DNA of 64,000 bases from an uncultured Bacteroidia bacterium (GTDB lineage: Bacteria > Bacteroidota > Bacteroidia > NS11-12g > UBA955), in the NCBI GenBank assembly GCA_943788195.1, contig CALSPH010000001.1:59673-123672 (forward strand), read 5' to 3'. Shown here in pieces: positions 1 through 9,892 of the stretch (positions are counted from its first letter, which is position 1; every line of letters begins with the position of its first letter). The notes beneath the pieces were generated by a model. It was not told the DNA's origin and searched no databases. It saw nothing but the letters and a program-made list of their open reading frames with translations. Both the position numbers and the translations under genes were made by a program.

Positions 1-2
1 AT

Positions 3-473
3 GTGACTTTTACTGATTTGTCCATCGGAGCTATTACATGGGATTGGGATTTTGGAGATGGAAGTAACTCAACAGATCAAAACCCAACATATACCTTTAA
101 GGATACAGGTCTATTCACTGTACGACTTGAAATCACGAATGCAAATCAATGTAAAAATGATACCCAATTAATGGTGTTTGTTGAACCAGCATTTTCTGTA
201 ACTATTCCGAATGCGTTTAGCCCCAATGGAGATGGACTTAATGATGTTTGGGGGCCCGTTGGTGTGTTACAAGGAGTTAAAGGATATGAACTGCTTATAT
301 TTAACCGTTGGGGGGAAATACTCTTTCAAACCAAAGATGTAAATGCCACATGGGATGGAACCTATATGGGTGATCTTGTTCCAGAAGGTTTTTATCAGTA
401 CAATATGCGTTATACCGATTATTTTGTGACCAAATGGATCAACAAAAGAGAATCTGTATACCTAATGAGATAA
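3..473 (+). CDS. C-terminal end of a large secreted protein carrying a T9SS type-B (gliding-motility-associated, CHU_C-like) sorting domain. The 5' end is partial and lies outside the window.
   Basis: The motif FSPNGDGLNDVW...FNRWGE...F is typical of TIGR04131-type T9SS C-terminal domains. A PKD-like segment (DFGDGS) precedes it. The ORF runs off the window start. Confidence 0.65.
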   Translation: MTFTDLSIGAITWDWDFGDGSNSTDQNPTYTFKDTGLFTVRLEITNANQCKNDTQLMVFVEPAFSVTIPNAFSPNGDGLNDVWGPVGVLQGVKGYELLIFNRWGEILFQTKDVNATWDGTYMGDLVPEGFYQYNMRYTDYFVTKWINKRESVYLMR

Positions 474-578
474 GGGTTACAGCACTTTGTGTTTTCTTAG
501 TGCAACCATTTTGGTATGGGTTTTGTCATCCCAATAATAGTAATCATTTAACTTAATAAATGCCTGTTAATTGAGCTT

Positions 579-1361
579 TTACTCGCCTAAAAAGGCTTTT
601 AATGCAGTCCAATACTCCGCCTGATCTACTTTATCAGACCATAGTGCTCTAGAACCATGCTCCCCATTTCCATTCGGTATAAATTGAACCTTGTCGCTTG
701 ACGTGATCACATCATATAACTTTTTAGTATCGGCAGATTCAGATTTCGAAGATGTTAAAAATGCTGGTTTGTTTAACCCTTTAATAGAGCTATTTACATT
801 AACTGGACTCAAGTATTCTCCGGGACTAAAAGAAAGTACGGTGTGTACATTATCGTTCTCCTTCGCAACTATTAGTACCAAACTCGAAGAATATGAGCTC
901 CCCCATAAATACACTTTTTTACTATAAGCAGCAGCAGCATAATTTACCGCTGCGATAATATCTTGTTTCGAATCATTGTAAGTGGTGCCTTTACCTGCTG
1001 CCTTGGCTCGTTTTGAGGTTTCATTAGCAACCCCATTAATTGCATTCCCAGAACGTTGATCAATTGCTATGCAATTATATCCCAGGGCATTCAGCTTTGG
1101 GGCAATCTCCTTATATTCACCTCTGCTCCAACCTGCTTGATGACATAAAACCATTACCGAAGAATCCTTGTGGATGTGATAAACGTCTGCAGTTACATCC
1201 AATAAATCGATCGAAGGAAACGCCACTGTAGCAAAATAAGCCGAATCAACCGTCATTTGTGTTTGATCGGATTGGCCCATTTTCGAATCATCCGTTTTCT
1301 TTTTACATGAAATCGTGATGATAGCAAAAATCAAAGTAAGGGGAATTAGCACTTTATTCAT
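579..1361 (-). CDS. alpha/beta-hydrolase fold lipoprotein (dienelactone-hydrolase-like)
   Basis: N-terminal signal peptide with a lipobox-like ITISC. A central hydrolase-like core reads HQAGWSRGEY...LWGSSYSSSL. Assignment is by sequence pattern only. Confidence 0.45.
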   Translation of the reverse strand: MNKVLIPLTLIFAIITISCKKKTDDSKMGQSDQTQMTVDSAYFATVAFPSIDLLDVTADVYHIHKDSSVMVLCHQAGWSRGEYKEIAPKLNALGYNCIAIDQRSGNAINGVANETSKRAKAAGKGTTYNDSKQDIIAAVNYAAAAYSKKVYLWGSSYSSSLVLIVAKENDNVHTVLSFSPGEYLSPVNVNSSIKGLNKPAFLTSSKSESADTKKLYDVITSSDKVQFIPNGNGEHGSRALWSDKVDQAEYWTALKAFLGE

Positions 1362-1426
1362 GCTTGCAATTTAGTGCATTCTTGCAGTGCAATATTTCAC
1401 AGTAATGTAACATTTAGTATGTTAAG

Positions 1427-2470
1427 CTAACCTTCTACTATCGGGTAGTACTTCTTTCGTAGCCAAAATGCAACACGAACCAAAAGTATAAGTGCAGGCA
1501 CCTCAATCAAAGGGCCAATCACTCCAACAAAAGCTTCACCAGAATTTAATCCGAAAACAGCAATTGCCACTGCAATAGCCAACTCAAAATTATTGCCAGC
1601 AGCAGTAAATGCAATGGCGGCATTCCGATCATAGGGTGCACCTGCCGCCTTACTCACAAAAAAGCCAATTAAGAACATGACTATAAAATAAATAATTAAG
1701 GGAACAGCGATTAAGGCAACATCAAAAGGGATCTCAACAATCATTTCACCTTTTAATGAGAACATAAAAACAATGGTGAATAATAATGCGATTAAAGTAA
1801 GCGGAGAAATCCTCGTGATAAAGACATTTTGATACCATTCAATCCCTTTCATTTTAACTAAAATCAAACGACTGAGAATGCCTAGTAAAAACGGAATACC
1901 TAGATAGATCGCAACGCTCTCTGCAACTAAACGAATAGAAACATCGACAATACTCCCTTCGAAACCAAAATATGGGGGTAAAACAGTGATAAATAACCAT
2001 GCATAAAAACTATATGCAAATACCTGGAAAACACTATTTAAGGCCACTAAACCTGCTCCATATTCCGCACTTCCCTCTGCTAAATCATTCCAAACCAAGA
2101 CCATTGCTATACACCGTGCTAGACCAATTAAAATTAAACCGGCCATATAATGAGGATGCCCTTGTAAAAACAGAATAGCCAATACAAACATCAGCACTGG
2201 ACCAATAACCCAATTGAGTACCAGCGAAATGGACAGCACTTTTACATTCTTAAACACCTTTGGTAAAAGTTTATAGTTTACTTTAGCTAATGGAGGGTAC
2301 ATCATTAATATTAAGCCAATTGCCAAAGGTATATTTGTTGTACCGGCATTGTTATTATTTAGAATTTTCGGTAATTCTGGAAAAATATTCCCCAGTAAAA
2401 CTCCAATAATCATGGCAATAAATATCCACCAAGTGAGATGTTTATCTAAAAAATTAAGCTTTTTTTTCAT
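1427..2470 (-). CDS. acr3: arsenite efflux transporter of the ACR3 family
   Basis: A 347-aa polytopic membrane protein whose N-terminus ([27 protein letters not shown]) and overall layout match the ACR3/ArsB-type arsenical resistance permease. It is the last gene of the ars operon. Confidence 0.8.
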   Translation of the reverse strand: MKKKLNFLDKHLTWWIFIAMIIGVLLGNIFPELPKILNNNNAGTTNIPLAIGLILMMYPPLAKVNYKLLPKVFKNVKVLSISLVLNWVIGPVLMFVLAILFLQGHPHYMAGLILIGLARCIAMVLVWNDLAEGSAEYGAGLVALNSVFQVFAYSFYAWLFITVLPPYFGFEGSIVDVSIRLVAESVAIYLGIPFLLGILSRLILVKMKGIEWYQNVFITRISPLTLIALLFTIVFMFSLKGEMIVEIPFDVALIAVPLIIYFIVMFLIGFFVSKAAGAPYDRNAAIAFTAAGNNFELAIAVAIAVFGLNSGEAFVGVIGPLIEVPALILLVRVAFWLRKKYYPIVEG

Positions 2471-3098
2471 GGGTTAATAAAGAAAATATATAAAACAATT
2501 CGTTGGCAATTTCCATAGATTTATTAAAATACACTTGGTATTCATCATTCGTACCATCCGAGAATTTTGGATCTTCAAATGTAAGTGAAATTCGTTCTAA
2601 GGCTGAAGGAATAAAAGGGCAATTTTGGTCTGCATCTGAACATGTCATAACCGAGACAAAATTGTTTTTGGGATTCATATTGGAATCATAGCGTTTAGAA
2701 CTAAGTTCCAATAATTGGTCATCCAATTTAACTAAATACGACTTATTTGCCTCTTGCCCCTGTGCTTGAATATCCAATCCAGCTTCTTGCAATGTTGAAA
2801 CTATACTTGGATATACAGCTGTTTGTTCTGTACCACCAGAGTAAACTGAAATATTCAACTTATTATAAAAATATGCAGCAACAAACGCCCAAGTTTCAGC
2901 CAAGATACTTCGTCTGGAATTATGGGTGCAAATGAATACAAGATCAAGTTGCTTATGCTCAACATACCATTTATTTAGACTTTGAATGATTTCATCCAAG
3001 TGCTTTTTGCGCCCTGCTTCAATGCGTTGATCATCCAATGCATTAATATATTGAATTAACGTGGGACTCATATTAGCAGCAACCCGACCCTGGTTCAC
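2454..3098 (-). CDS. arsC: arsenate reductase of the low-molecular-weight phosphatase family (thioredoxin-coupled ArsC type), carrying an N-terminal extension
   Basis: The CX5R P-loop CTHNSRRS matches the LMW-PTP/ArsC catalytic motif. It sits between arsR and ACR3 and overlaps ACR3 by 17 nt. Confidence 0.7.
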   Translation of the reverse strand: MNQGRVAANMSPTLIQYINALDDQRIEAGRKKHLDEIIQSLNKWYVEHKQLDLVFICTHNSRRSILAETWAFVAAYFYNKLNISVYSGGTEQTAVYPSIVSTLQEAGLDIQAQGQEANKSYLVKLDDQLLELSSKRYDSNMNPKNNFVSVMTCSDADQNCPFIPSALERISLTFEDPKFSDGTNDEYQVYFNKSMEIANELFYIFSLLTHEKKA

Positions 3099-3543
3099 AA
3101 CATGAAACGGTGGCCTTTTTCAAGTCCCCTAATTTAACTTTCACCTTGTCTGTTATGCCACAGGCATCTGAAGCCAAACAAGCGGTTTGCTTGTTAGACA
3201 AGACAAGTTTACCCTCTTTAAATTGCAAGGCATATTTACCGATGGTATCGGCCTGATATTCAACCTCGATTTCATGATCCCCAATTTGAAGTTTATCTTC
3301 AGTAAGCTGAATGATTTGCAACAATTTATCTGGCTTAAGTCGATGATGAAAATCGATGGATTGCCATAATTGCATACTCACCACTTCTTCACTTCGAATT
3401 GTGCCTCCACAATCGATATAATCCTTTCTAACCTTACCAATTTCGGTAACATGAAAATGAGCGGGTACCGAAGACCCATCGGGTAAATAAAAATTTATCT
3501 GTTCCAAAAAAGGAATTGCTTTTTTTAATTCTGAGAGTTTCAT
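3073..3543 (-). CDS. ars-operon-associated Cys-rich protein of unknown function; the C-terminal CCEPGSGCC cluster may bind metal or arsenic
   Basis: A 156-aa ORF between arsR and arsC. Its C-terminus carries Cys pairs ([10 protein letters not shown]) and internal CGG and C..C motifs. The family cannot be assigned without a search. Confidence 0.4.
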   Translation of the reverse strand: MKLSELKKAIPFLEQINFYLPDGSSVPAHFHVTEIGKVRKDYIDCGGTIRSEEVVSMQLWQSIDFHHRLKPDKLLQIIQLTEDKLQIGDHEIEVEYQADTIGKYALQFKEGKLVLSNKQTACLASDACGITDKVKVKLGDLKKATVSCCEPGSGCC

Positions 3544-3552
3544 AATTCTATT

Positions 3553-3885
3553 TTAACAACAATTTTTTAATCCAATAATATCTTTTTTCATAAAAGAGTT
3601 AATCATTTTGCGTGCACGCTTCCAGTGCATCTTATCAATGCAATAACAAATGCTATTACCGTTTATACTGCCCTTTATTAATCCTGCATTTCTCAATTCT
3701 TTCAAGTGCTGAGAAACCGTAGGTTGCGCAAGGCCAACTTCTTGAGTAATATCTCCACAAATACATGAATCAACATTCATCAAATATTCTAATATGGCAA
3801 CTCTCGCAGGATTACCCAACACTTTAAATAAAATTGAAATTTCATTTTGTGTGTTTGAAAATATTTCAGTTTTAGTAATTCCCAT
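3553..3885 (-). CDS. arsR: ArsR/SmtB-family metalloregulator
   Basis: Winged-HTH sequence NPARVAILEYL...CICGDITQEVGLAQPTVSQHLKELRNAGLI, with a metal-binding CxC just ahead of the recognition helix. The likely ATG is at 3885; the track's longer start at 3900 is a TTG. Confidence 0.85.
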   Translation of the reverse strand: MGITKTEIFSNTQNEISILFKVLGNPARVAILEYLMNVDSCICGDITQEVGLAQPTVSQHLKELRNAGLIKGSINGNSICYCIDKMHWKRARKMINSFMKKDIIGLKNCC

Positions 3886-3909
3886 ATTGTAATATTGCAA
3901 TATTACAAT
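3886..3909. promoter_or_regulatory. A 24-bp perfect palindrome ATTGTAATATTGCAATATTACAAT that abuts the arsR start. It is a candidate ArsR operator in the arsR/PPOX divergent promoter region.
   Basis: The inverted repeat is read directly from the sequence. ArsR/SmtB repressors bind dyad operators that overlap their own promoters. Confidence 0.5.
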
Positions 3910-3968
3910 ATAGTTTTATAAATTTCATCTTTTATAATTAATTAATTTTTCCAACTTAGATTTGAAGC

Positions 3969-4523
3969 ATGGGTGGTAAAAGCGCAATTCTATCAGATCA
4001 TCATATTTCTTTTATAAAAGATCAAAACATTTTTTTTGTTGGAACCGCAGCCACGAAAGGTACCGTTAATGTATCACCTAAAGGCTTAGATACACTCCGT
4101 ATCGTTTCAAATAAAAAAATTATATGGTTAAATTTAACCGGAAGTGGGAATGAAACCGCGGCACATTTAATGCAAAACAACAGAATGACGCTTATGTTCT
4201 GAGCCTTCGAAGGCGCTCCAATGATACTTAGAGCCTATGGAAAAGCCAACATATTTCACCCCCGCGATGCTGAATTTGAAAATTTAATCAGCCAATTTCC
4301 AGAAATTCCGGGCTCAAGGCAGATTATTGAATTGAATATTGAGTTAGTGCAAACCTCATGTGGTTTTGCAGTTCCATTAATGGACTTCAAATCAGAACGT
4401 CAGACACTTCAAGATTGGAGCCTGAAAAAAGGCGCACAAGGAGTTCTTGATTATCAACAAGAAAAAAACACCCTTAGCTTAGATGGATTTGAGACTGGCT
4501 TAAATACAACATCCAACATCTAG
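3969..4523 (+). pseudogene. pyridoxamine 5'-phosphate oxidase (PPOX/general-stress-protein-26-like) family gene, interrupted by an in-frame TGA at 4200-4202
   Basis: ORFs 3969-4202 and 4221-4523 share one reading frame and are separated only by TGA. Together (77+1+100 aa) they equal a normal ~178-aa PPOX-family protein. Confidence 0.55.
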
Positions 4524-4548
4524 GCAACCCAGTACCGACTGCCTTCAA

Positions 4549-5673
4549 TTATTTTACTGAATAAATCCCGATGCGGTCCAGTAGCTGGAAGAAATAGGCC
4601 TTCATCACCTCTCCATCTTCATCATTATCCCGTGGATTCATACTTTTATATTCAATGGATCCATCTGCACTTTTTTTGAATGTGGCATAAAACATAAATG
4701 TTTCGCTTGCCACTTCAGTATCCAATCTCATTCTACCAAACTTAGTGGTATAAAACCGCATGGAGTCTTCACTTAAGGGTTCTACAAAATAATTCCCATC
4801 ACCAAACCATGCCATGGTTTCCAGTGCTTCGCAATCATATCGTTCCATTTGATCCAAATTCCGCGCAAAGCTGATCCAATGTATGGGAATATCATTTCTG
4901 AGATAAGAATACTCCGCCACATGTAATGAATCCTTGTCATAGGCAATACCAGACCATAAGATTGCATTTAAAATGGTAGGTGTGCTATTTAATTCTGTAA
5001 AACTTTTGCCTTGTTCTACCAATGTATTTTTAAATTTTTGATGAACGCCAAACTTTAACCCAAAAGTCAATAGCATGTAAGTTGAACTCAAAATCCAAGC
5101 TATTTTGAACCATTTTTTCCTTTTATCAGATCCGCGTCTGTAACACATCATAAGGATAAGGAGAACCAAGAATGGCAAAGTATATAATGGATCAATTACT
5201 GAAACATTGTTAAATGCCACTTGATATTTCGTAAACGGAAGAAACAAACGCGTGCCATAGGTTGTCCCACAATCCAAAAGCGCATGAGTAAACAATCCTA
5301 AAAACCAGAACAAATACCACTTTTTCCAACCCATATTAGCTCGGTCCATGGTTTGCGTTATGCGCAACCATGGGTATGCATATACCCTTTGTCTAAAATT
5401 TAAACGCTTTAGATATCCTCTATTTTTAGCTACTAAAATACTTAGCCAGGCTAAAGGAAACGCTGCCAAAATATGGGTAAACATACTATGAGAATATGCC
5501 CGATGGATTTGCAGTTGCCTAATTTGATCTGAAGAGCCCCAAGTGGCCAAAACATCCAAATCAGGCAGTGTTCCTGCGATTGCACCTAATAATAATGCCC
5601 AATTCCCTAGTTTTCTTCCCGCAACAGCCTCGCCAACCGCGGCACCCAGAACAATTTGAGTTAATGAATCCAT
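4549..5673 (-). CDS. membrane-bound metal-dependent hydrolase (YdjM/DUF457-like) with a C-terminal extension
   Basis: The N-terminus MDSLTQIVLGAAVGEAVAGRKLG...LPDLDV is typical of the LexA-regulon YdjM-type inner-membrane hydrolase family. The C-terminal ~200 aa has no assigned family. Confidence 0.5.
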   Translation of the reverse strand: MDSLTQIVLGAAVGEAVAGRKLGNWALLLGAIAGTLPDLDVLATWGSSDQIRQLQIHRAYSHSMFTHILAAFPLAWLSILVAKNRGYLKRLNFRQRVYAYPWLRITQTMDRANMGWKKWYLFWFLGLFTHALLDCGTTYGTRLFLPFTKYQVAFNNVSVIDPLYTLPFLVLLILMMCYRRGSDKRKKWFKIAWILSSTYMLLTFGLKFGVHQKFKNTLVEQGKSFTELNSTPTILNAILWSGIAYDKDSLHVAEYSYLRNDIPIHWISFARNLDQMERYDCEALETMAWFGDGNYFVEPLSEDSMRFYTTKFGRMRLDTEVASETFMFYATFKKSADGSIEYKSMNPRDNDEDGEVMKAYFFQLLDRIGIYSVK

Positions 5674-5821
5674 TTAAGGGCGCAAAGTTATCCGCTAAAT
5701 GTAAAAAACATCGCAAATTATCTATATATCGACAAGTCATTTGGAAACCACTATTAACACTCCTCCAAATGCTAAGTAAATAAGAAAATATGAAGCTATA
5801 TTTGCCGCACAATTAATCACA

Positions 5822-6808
5822 ATGAAAGTAGCTGTTGTAGGAGCCACCGGAATGGTTGGCACAAAGATATTGCAAGTACTCGCAGAACGGAATTTTCCAA
5901 TCAGCGAATTGGTGCCGGTTGCCTCGGAAAGATCCATAGGTAAGACGATTAATTATCAGGGCAAAGAATACAAAATTGTATCCATGCAAACGGCCATTGA
6001 CGCCAAATGCGATTTGGCCCTGTTTTCGGCTGGAGGAGAAACAAGTTTAGCTTGGGCGCCTAAATTTGCAGAATCAGGTTGCCGTGTTATTGACAATTCC
6101 TCCGCTTGGCGAATGGACACAAATACTCCATTGGTTGTTCCTGAAATTAACGCTGGATCCATTGGTGCAGATAATTATATTATTGCCAATCCAAATTGCA
6201 GCACCATTCAAATGGTATTAGCTCTTGCCCCATTGCATAAAGAATATCAAGTCAATCGAGTAGTTGTTTCAACGTATCAATCTATCACAGGAACTGGTGT
6301 AGCAGCGGTTACACAAATGGAAAACGAACGAAAGGGTATTGATGGAGAAATGGCCTATCCCCATCGCATTGATATGAACATTCTACCACATATTGATGTT
6401 TTTATGGACAATGGATACACCAAAGAGGAAATGAAAATGACCCTTGAAACCAAGAAAATTTTAGATCCAAATATTAAAGTAACCGCAACTGCTGTTCGAG
6501 TTCCTACTGTTGGCGGACACTCAGAAAGTTGCAATATTACCTTTGAGCGCGATTTTGATCTTGCCCGGGTTAAAACGCTTTTATCTCAAACCGATGGGAT
6601 TGTATTGGAAGATGATATCCAAAACAACGTATACCCCATGCCGATTAACTCGCATGAACGCGATGAAGTATTTGTAGGACGAATACGTAGAGATGAAAGT
6701 GCAGAAAACACACTTAACATGTGGATTGTCTCAGACAACCTCAGAAAAGGAGCCGCAACCAATGCGGTTCAAATCGCAGAATACTTAGTAAAAGAAGAAC
6801 TTGTATAA
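5822..6808 (+). CDS. asd: aspartate-semialdehyde dehydrogenase
   Basis: MKVAVVGATGMVGTKILQVLAERNFP NAD-binding N-terminus, an active-site Cys region (NPNCSTI), and a length of 328 aa. Confidence 0.9.
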   Translation: MKVAVVGATGMVGTKILQVLAERNFPISELVPVASERSIGKTINYQGKEYKIVSMQTAIDAKCDLALFSAGGETSLAWAPKFAESGCRVIDNSSAWRMDTNTPLVVPEINAGSIGADNYIIANPNCSTIQMVLALAPLHKEYQVNRVVVSTYQSITGTGVAAVTQMENERKGIDGEMAYPHRIDMNILPHIDVFMDNGYTKEEMKMTLETKKILDPNIKVTATAVRVPTVGGHSESCNITFERDFDLARVKTLLSQTDGIVLEDDIQNNVYPMPINSHERDEVFVGRIRRDESAENTLNMWIVSDNLRKGAATNAVQIAEYLVKEELV

Positions 6809-6810
6809 TT

Positions 6811-7890
6811 ATGCTTCACAACCTTAAAATTAAAGAAATAAAAAGAGAAACAGCCGATGCGGTTTGTATCTATTTAGAAATACCAGAGCACTTAAAATCC
6901 GATTTTGCTTATATCCCTGGCCAATACTTAACGCTTGAAACCAGCATTAACGGAGAAGACGTTCGTAGAGCATATAGTTTATGCACCTCACCCTACACCG
7001 ATGAGGTACCGGCCGTTGCTATTAAGCAAGTTGAAGGAGGCAGAATGTCAACCTACTTGAATACACAAGCCAAAGTAGGAGATTATATTGACGTTATGGC
7101 TCCCAACGGGAAATTTATTGCTGAGATTAACCCAAGTGCCCAAAAGCACTATGTATTGTTTGGAGGAGGAAGCGGAATAACCCCTTTGCGATCTATTTTA
7201 AAATCTGTTTTAACTCAAGAACCCAATAGCAGGGTCACATTAATTTACGCAAATCGCAACCCGGAATCTGTAATTTTCAATGATGACATCAATGCATGGG
7301 CTGAGAATTATAGCACACGTTTCAAGGTATTTCATAGTTATGACGAAGCTCCAATTGGTTGGTTTGGGTTGAAGGGATATTTAGACAATGACAAAATCAC
7401 CCAAATTCTCAATAATCGAATTGAAGGCTCTTATTTGGATTGTGAATATTTTATTTGCGGCCCATCTCTGATGATGGATGTGGTTAAAAAAGGACTACAA
7501 AAAAATGGGGTCAATACATCACAAATACATACTGAATATTTTACTGCACCAACTTCAGAGAGCGAATCTGTGGAGGTTGCTGTTGCGGATGATTCAGTGG
7601 ACGAAAATTTTACAGGACAAGGAAAAATAACGATTCATGTCTACGGCAAAACACATGAAGTTGAATGTGATGAACACACTACAATTTTGGATGCCGCTAA
7701 TCAAGAAGGATTGCAGGCACCTTACAGCTGCACGATTGGCGTATGCACTACCTGCCGGGCAAAAGTCCTCAAAGGAAAAACTCATATGGATGAACGTGAA
7801 GGACTAAGCGATGCTGAAGTGGACGAGGGATATATACTCACTTGCCAAGCTCATATTCGTAGCAGTGAGGTAGAAGTGATTTACGAATAA
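6811..7890 (+). CDS. ferredoxin-NADP-reductase-like oxidoreductase with a C-terminal plant-type 2Fe-2S ferredoxin domain (PaaE/PaaK-like architecture)
   Basis: An FAD-binding RxYS motif (RRAYSL) and an NAD-binding GGGSGITP lie in the N-terminal part. The C-terminal Cys cluster CTIGVCTTCRAK...C is a 2Fe-2S signature. I set the start at the ATG at 6811; the track's 6721 start overlaps asd. Confidence 0.7.
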   Translation: MLHNLKIKEIKRETADAVCIYLEIPEHLKSDFAYIPGQYLTLETSINGEDVRRAYSLCTSPYTDEVPAVAIKQVEGGRMSTYLNTQAKVGDYIDVMAPNGKFIAEINPSAQKHYVLFGGGSGITPLRSILKSVLTQEPNSRVTLIYANRNPESVIFNDDINAWAENYSTRFKVFHSYDEAPIGWFGLKGYLDNDKITQILNNRIEGSYLDCEYFICGPSLMMDVVKKGLQKNGVNTSQIHTEYFTAPTSESESVEVAVADDSVDENFTGQGKITIHVYGKTHEVECDEHTTILDAANQEGLQAPYSCTIGVCTTCRAKVLKGKTHMDEREGLSDAEVDEGYILTCQAHIRSSEVEVIYE

Positions 7891-7964
7891 ATCTTCATAG
7901 ACATTGCTTATTTGGAGAAAGACAGCTGTTCTATTCGTGCCTATAAATTAGCTAATTAAAGAAT

Positions 7965-8921
7965 ATGAAAGCTCAAGAAAAAGCAAAAGATTTTCAAATC
8001 TTAGGTCACACCATAAAACCGGGTAAAAGTTTACAGGCAAATTTAGATATTGCGAAACTGCATACACGCACCAAGATTGAAGTTCCTATTATTATTGAAC
8101 ATGGCAAATTCAAAGGCCCTGTGATTTTAATTACTGGAGGAATTCATGGAGATGAAATCAATGGGATTGAAATTGTACGTCAATTTATTCGGTACAAATT
8201 CAACAAACCAAGCCATGGCACCATCATATGTATCCCAGTAGTGAATATTTTTGGGTTCTTAAATCTGGAACGACAATTTCCAGATGGAAGAGATTTAAAC
8301 CGAATGTTTCCTGGTAATTTAAGAGGCTCACTCGCAAGTCAATTTGCCTTTCATCTTATGCAAACCATTGTGCCATTTGCTGATTATTGCATAGATTTCC
8401 ATACAGGTGGTGCAGAACGTTTCAATGCACCACAGATTAGAATAAATGCAGATGATAAAGAAACCTTAGAGCTAGCTAAAATATTTAACGCCCCATTTAT
8501 TTTTAAATCTAAAAATAGGGAGAAATCCTTTAGAGATTCTGCCATTAAAATGGGTAAAAAAGTTCTTCTTTTTGAAGGAGGCAAATCCTTGAATATTGAT
8601 GAAGACATTACTCAACAGGGCGTAACGGGTATTTTAAATGTATTGGACCATTTAAATGTTAGAGAACTTAAAGACTCGGTCCAAACATCATCCGTTATAA
8701 TAGAAACTTCTAAATGGGTTAGAGCATCCTGCTCTGGCATGTTTAGAACACAAGCAATATTGGGGAAGTATTACAAAAAAGGAGATGAATTGGGTAGTAT
8801 ATCAGACCCATTTGGCAAATTCGAACGAAAGGTAAAAGCGCCCAATGATGGATACGTATTTTGCGTCAATCAAACCCCTATTGTAAATAAAGGAGACGCA
8901 ATTCTTCATATTACGCTTTAA
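7965..8921 (+). CDS. succinylglutamate desuccinylase/aspartoacylase-family zinc hydrolase
   Basis: ITGGIHGDEINGIEIV and DFHTGG motifs are characteristic of the AstE/AspA family. Confidence 0.65.
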   Translation: MKAQEKAKDFQILGHTIKPGKSLQANLDIAKLHTRTKIEVPIIIEHGKFKGPVILITGGIHGDEINGIEIVRQFIRYKFNKPSHGTIICIPVVNIFGFLNLERQFPDGRDLNRMFPGNLRGSLASQFAFHLMQTIVPFADYCIDFHTGGAERFNAPQIRINADDKETLELAKIFNAPFIFKSKNREKSFRDSAIKMGKKVLLFEGGKSLNIDEDITQQGVTGILNVLDHLNVRELKDSVQTSSVIIETSKWVRASCSGMFRTQAILGKYYKKGDELGSISDPFGKFERKVKAPNDGYVFCVNQTPIVNKGDAILHITL

Positions 8922-8967
8922 TATTTTCAGCAATCACGTTTTTTTCAACCATCAAAAAAGCAAAAAG

Positions 8968-9825
8968 TCACCCTTCATATTCATACCGTAATTCATAATT
9001 ATTGCTGTTTTCTCCTGTGCCAAAAACAGCATCATAATTCCCTACCTTAAGTCCCTTTTCAATCTCTAGTCGCCCTTGATCATTATAAACCCAAACACTC
9101 GCTCTTTGCAGGTTTCCACTTTGATCGCGTTCCTCTAACTGGACCAGGTTTTTATTGGAATCGTAGGCATAATTCACTGTGCTTACAACATCGTTTTTAT
9201 TGTAGTTGCTGTACTCCTCTTTGGTTAAAAGATCGTTCTCAAAGGTGAGTTGTGTTGCACCGTAAAACTCATCATCCGGTCCATATTCCTCAGCCTTCAC
9301 CAATCTGTTTTTCGCATCGAAAAACTCAATCAGTTTTCCATTCATCCCATTCTCCTCATCAAAAACTTCGGTTATGCTTTGGGTTTTGTCTTTATTGAAG
9401 ACTTTAATACTTTTTTGAAGCAGCTTATTTGACCCATCCTTGACCTCAACTATATGACCATTTTCCGTAGTTTCCACCTGCCGATATTCGATTACCTCAC
9501 CATCTTCTAAAATGGTCTGCAAATACCCTTTGTCGTGTTCTTGAAACTTCGTTTCAGAATACAACTCACCTTGAATAAAATGCTGTTCTTCCTTTATTTC
9601 ATCATTGGCTTGATAGGTAAATGTTCTTTTTTCTATCTCCTGATCATCAAGAATCTGCGACTCTGCAACCAACCGATTTTCTAGATCATATTCCATTCGT
9701 TTGTCAGCAACCTCATCACTTTCATGATCTCTAACAAAAATAACATTCCCTTTTTCATCTCTAATTTCTTCTGTTCGAAGCTTTGACGAATCACCAACTA
9801 CACGGTAAATTTTAACTTTTAGCAT
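8968..9825 (-). CDS. acidic, Glu-rich cytoplasmic protein containing YD/RHS-like repeat motifs
   Basis: No signal peptide. Repeated Y(D/N)xxxxL(V) motifs (EYDLENRLV, YDSNKNLV, YNDQGRL) resemble YD repeats. This rests on pattern recognition only. Confidence 0.3.
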   Translation of the reverse strand: MLKVKIYRVVGDSSKLRTEEIRDEKGNVIFVRDHESDEVADKRMEYDLENRLVAESQILDDQEIEKRTFTYQANDEIKEEQHFIQGELYSETKFQEHDKGYLQTILEDGEVIEYRQVETTENGHIVEVKDGSNKLLQKSIKVFNKDKTQSITEVFDEENGMNGKLIEFFDAKNRLVKAEEYGPDDEFYGATQLTFENDLLTKEEYSNYNKNDVVSTVNYAYDSNKNLVQLEERDQSGNLQRASVWVYNDQGRLEIEKGLKVGNYDAVFGTGENSNNYELRYEYEG

Positions 9826-9892
9826 AAACTATTGCGAAAGTAATCATCTCAAGGAATGAGAAAAAGTGTTTTGAAACAAAAATGAAACTGGG

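Noticed and set aside
5561-6162. Several 60-83-aa ORFs on both strands around the hydrolase/asd junction
   Set aside because: They overlap well-supported genes in alternative frames and show no signal, motif or conservation cues.
6721-6810. Upstream extension of the FNR-like ORF that overlaps the asd 3' end
   Set aside because: An ATG at 6811 lies immediately after the asd stop and begins the conserved N-terminus. The extension is non-coding read-through of the track.
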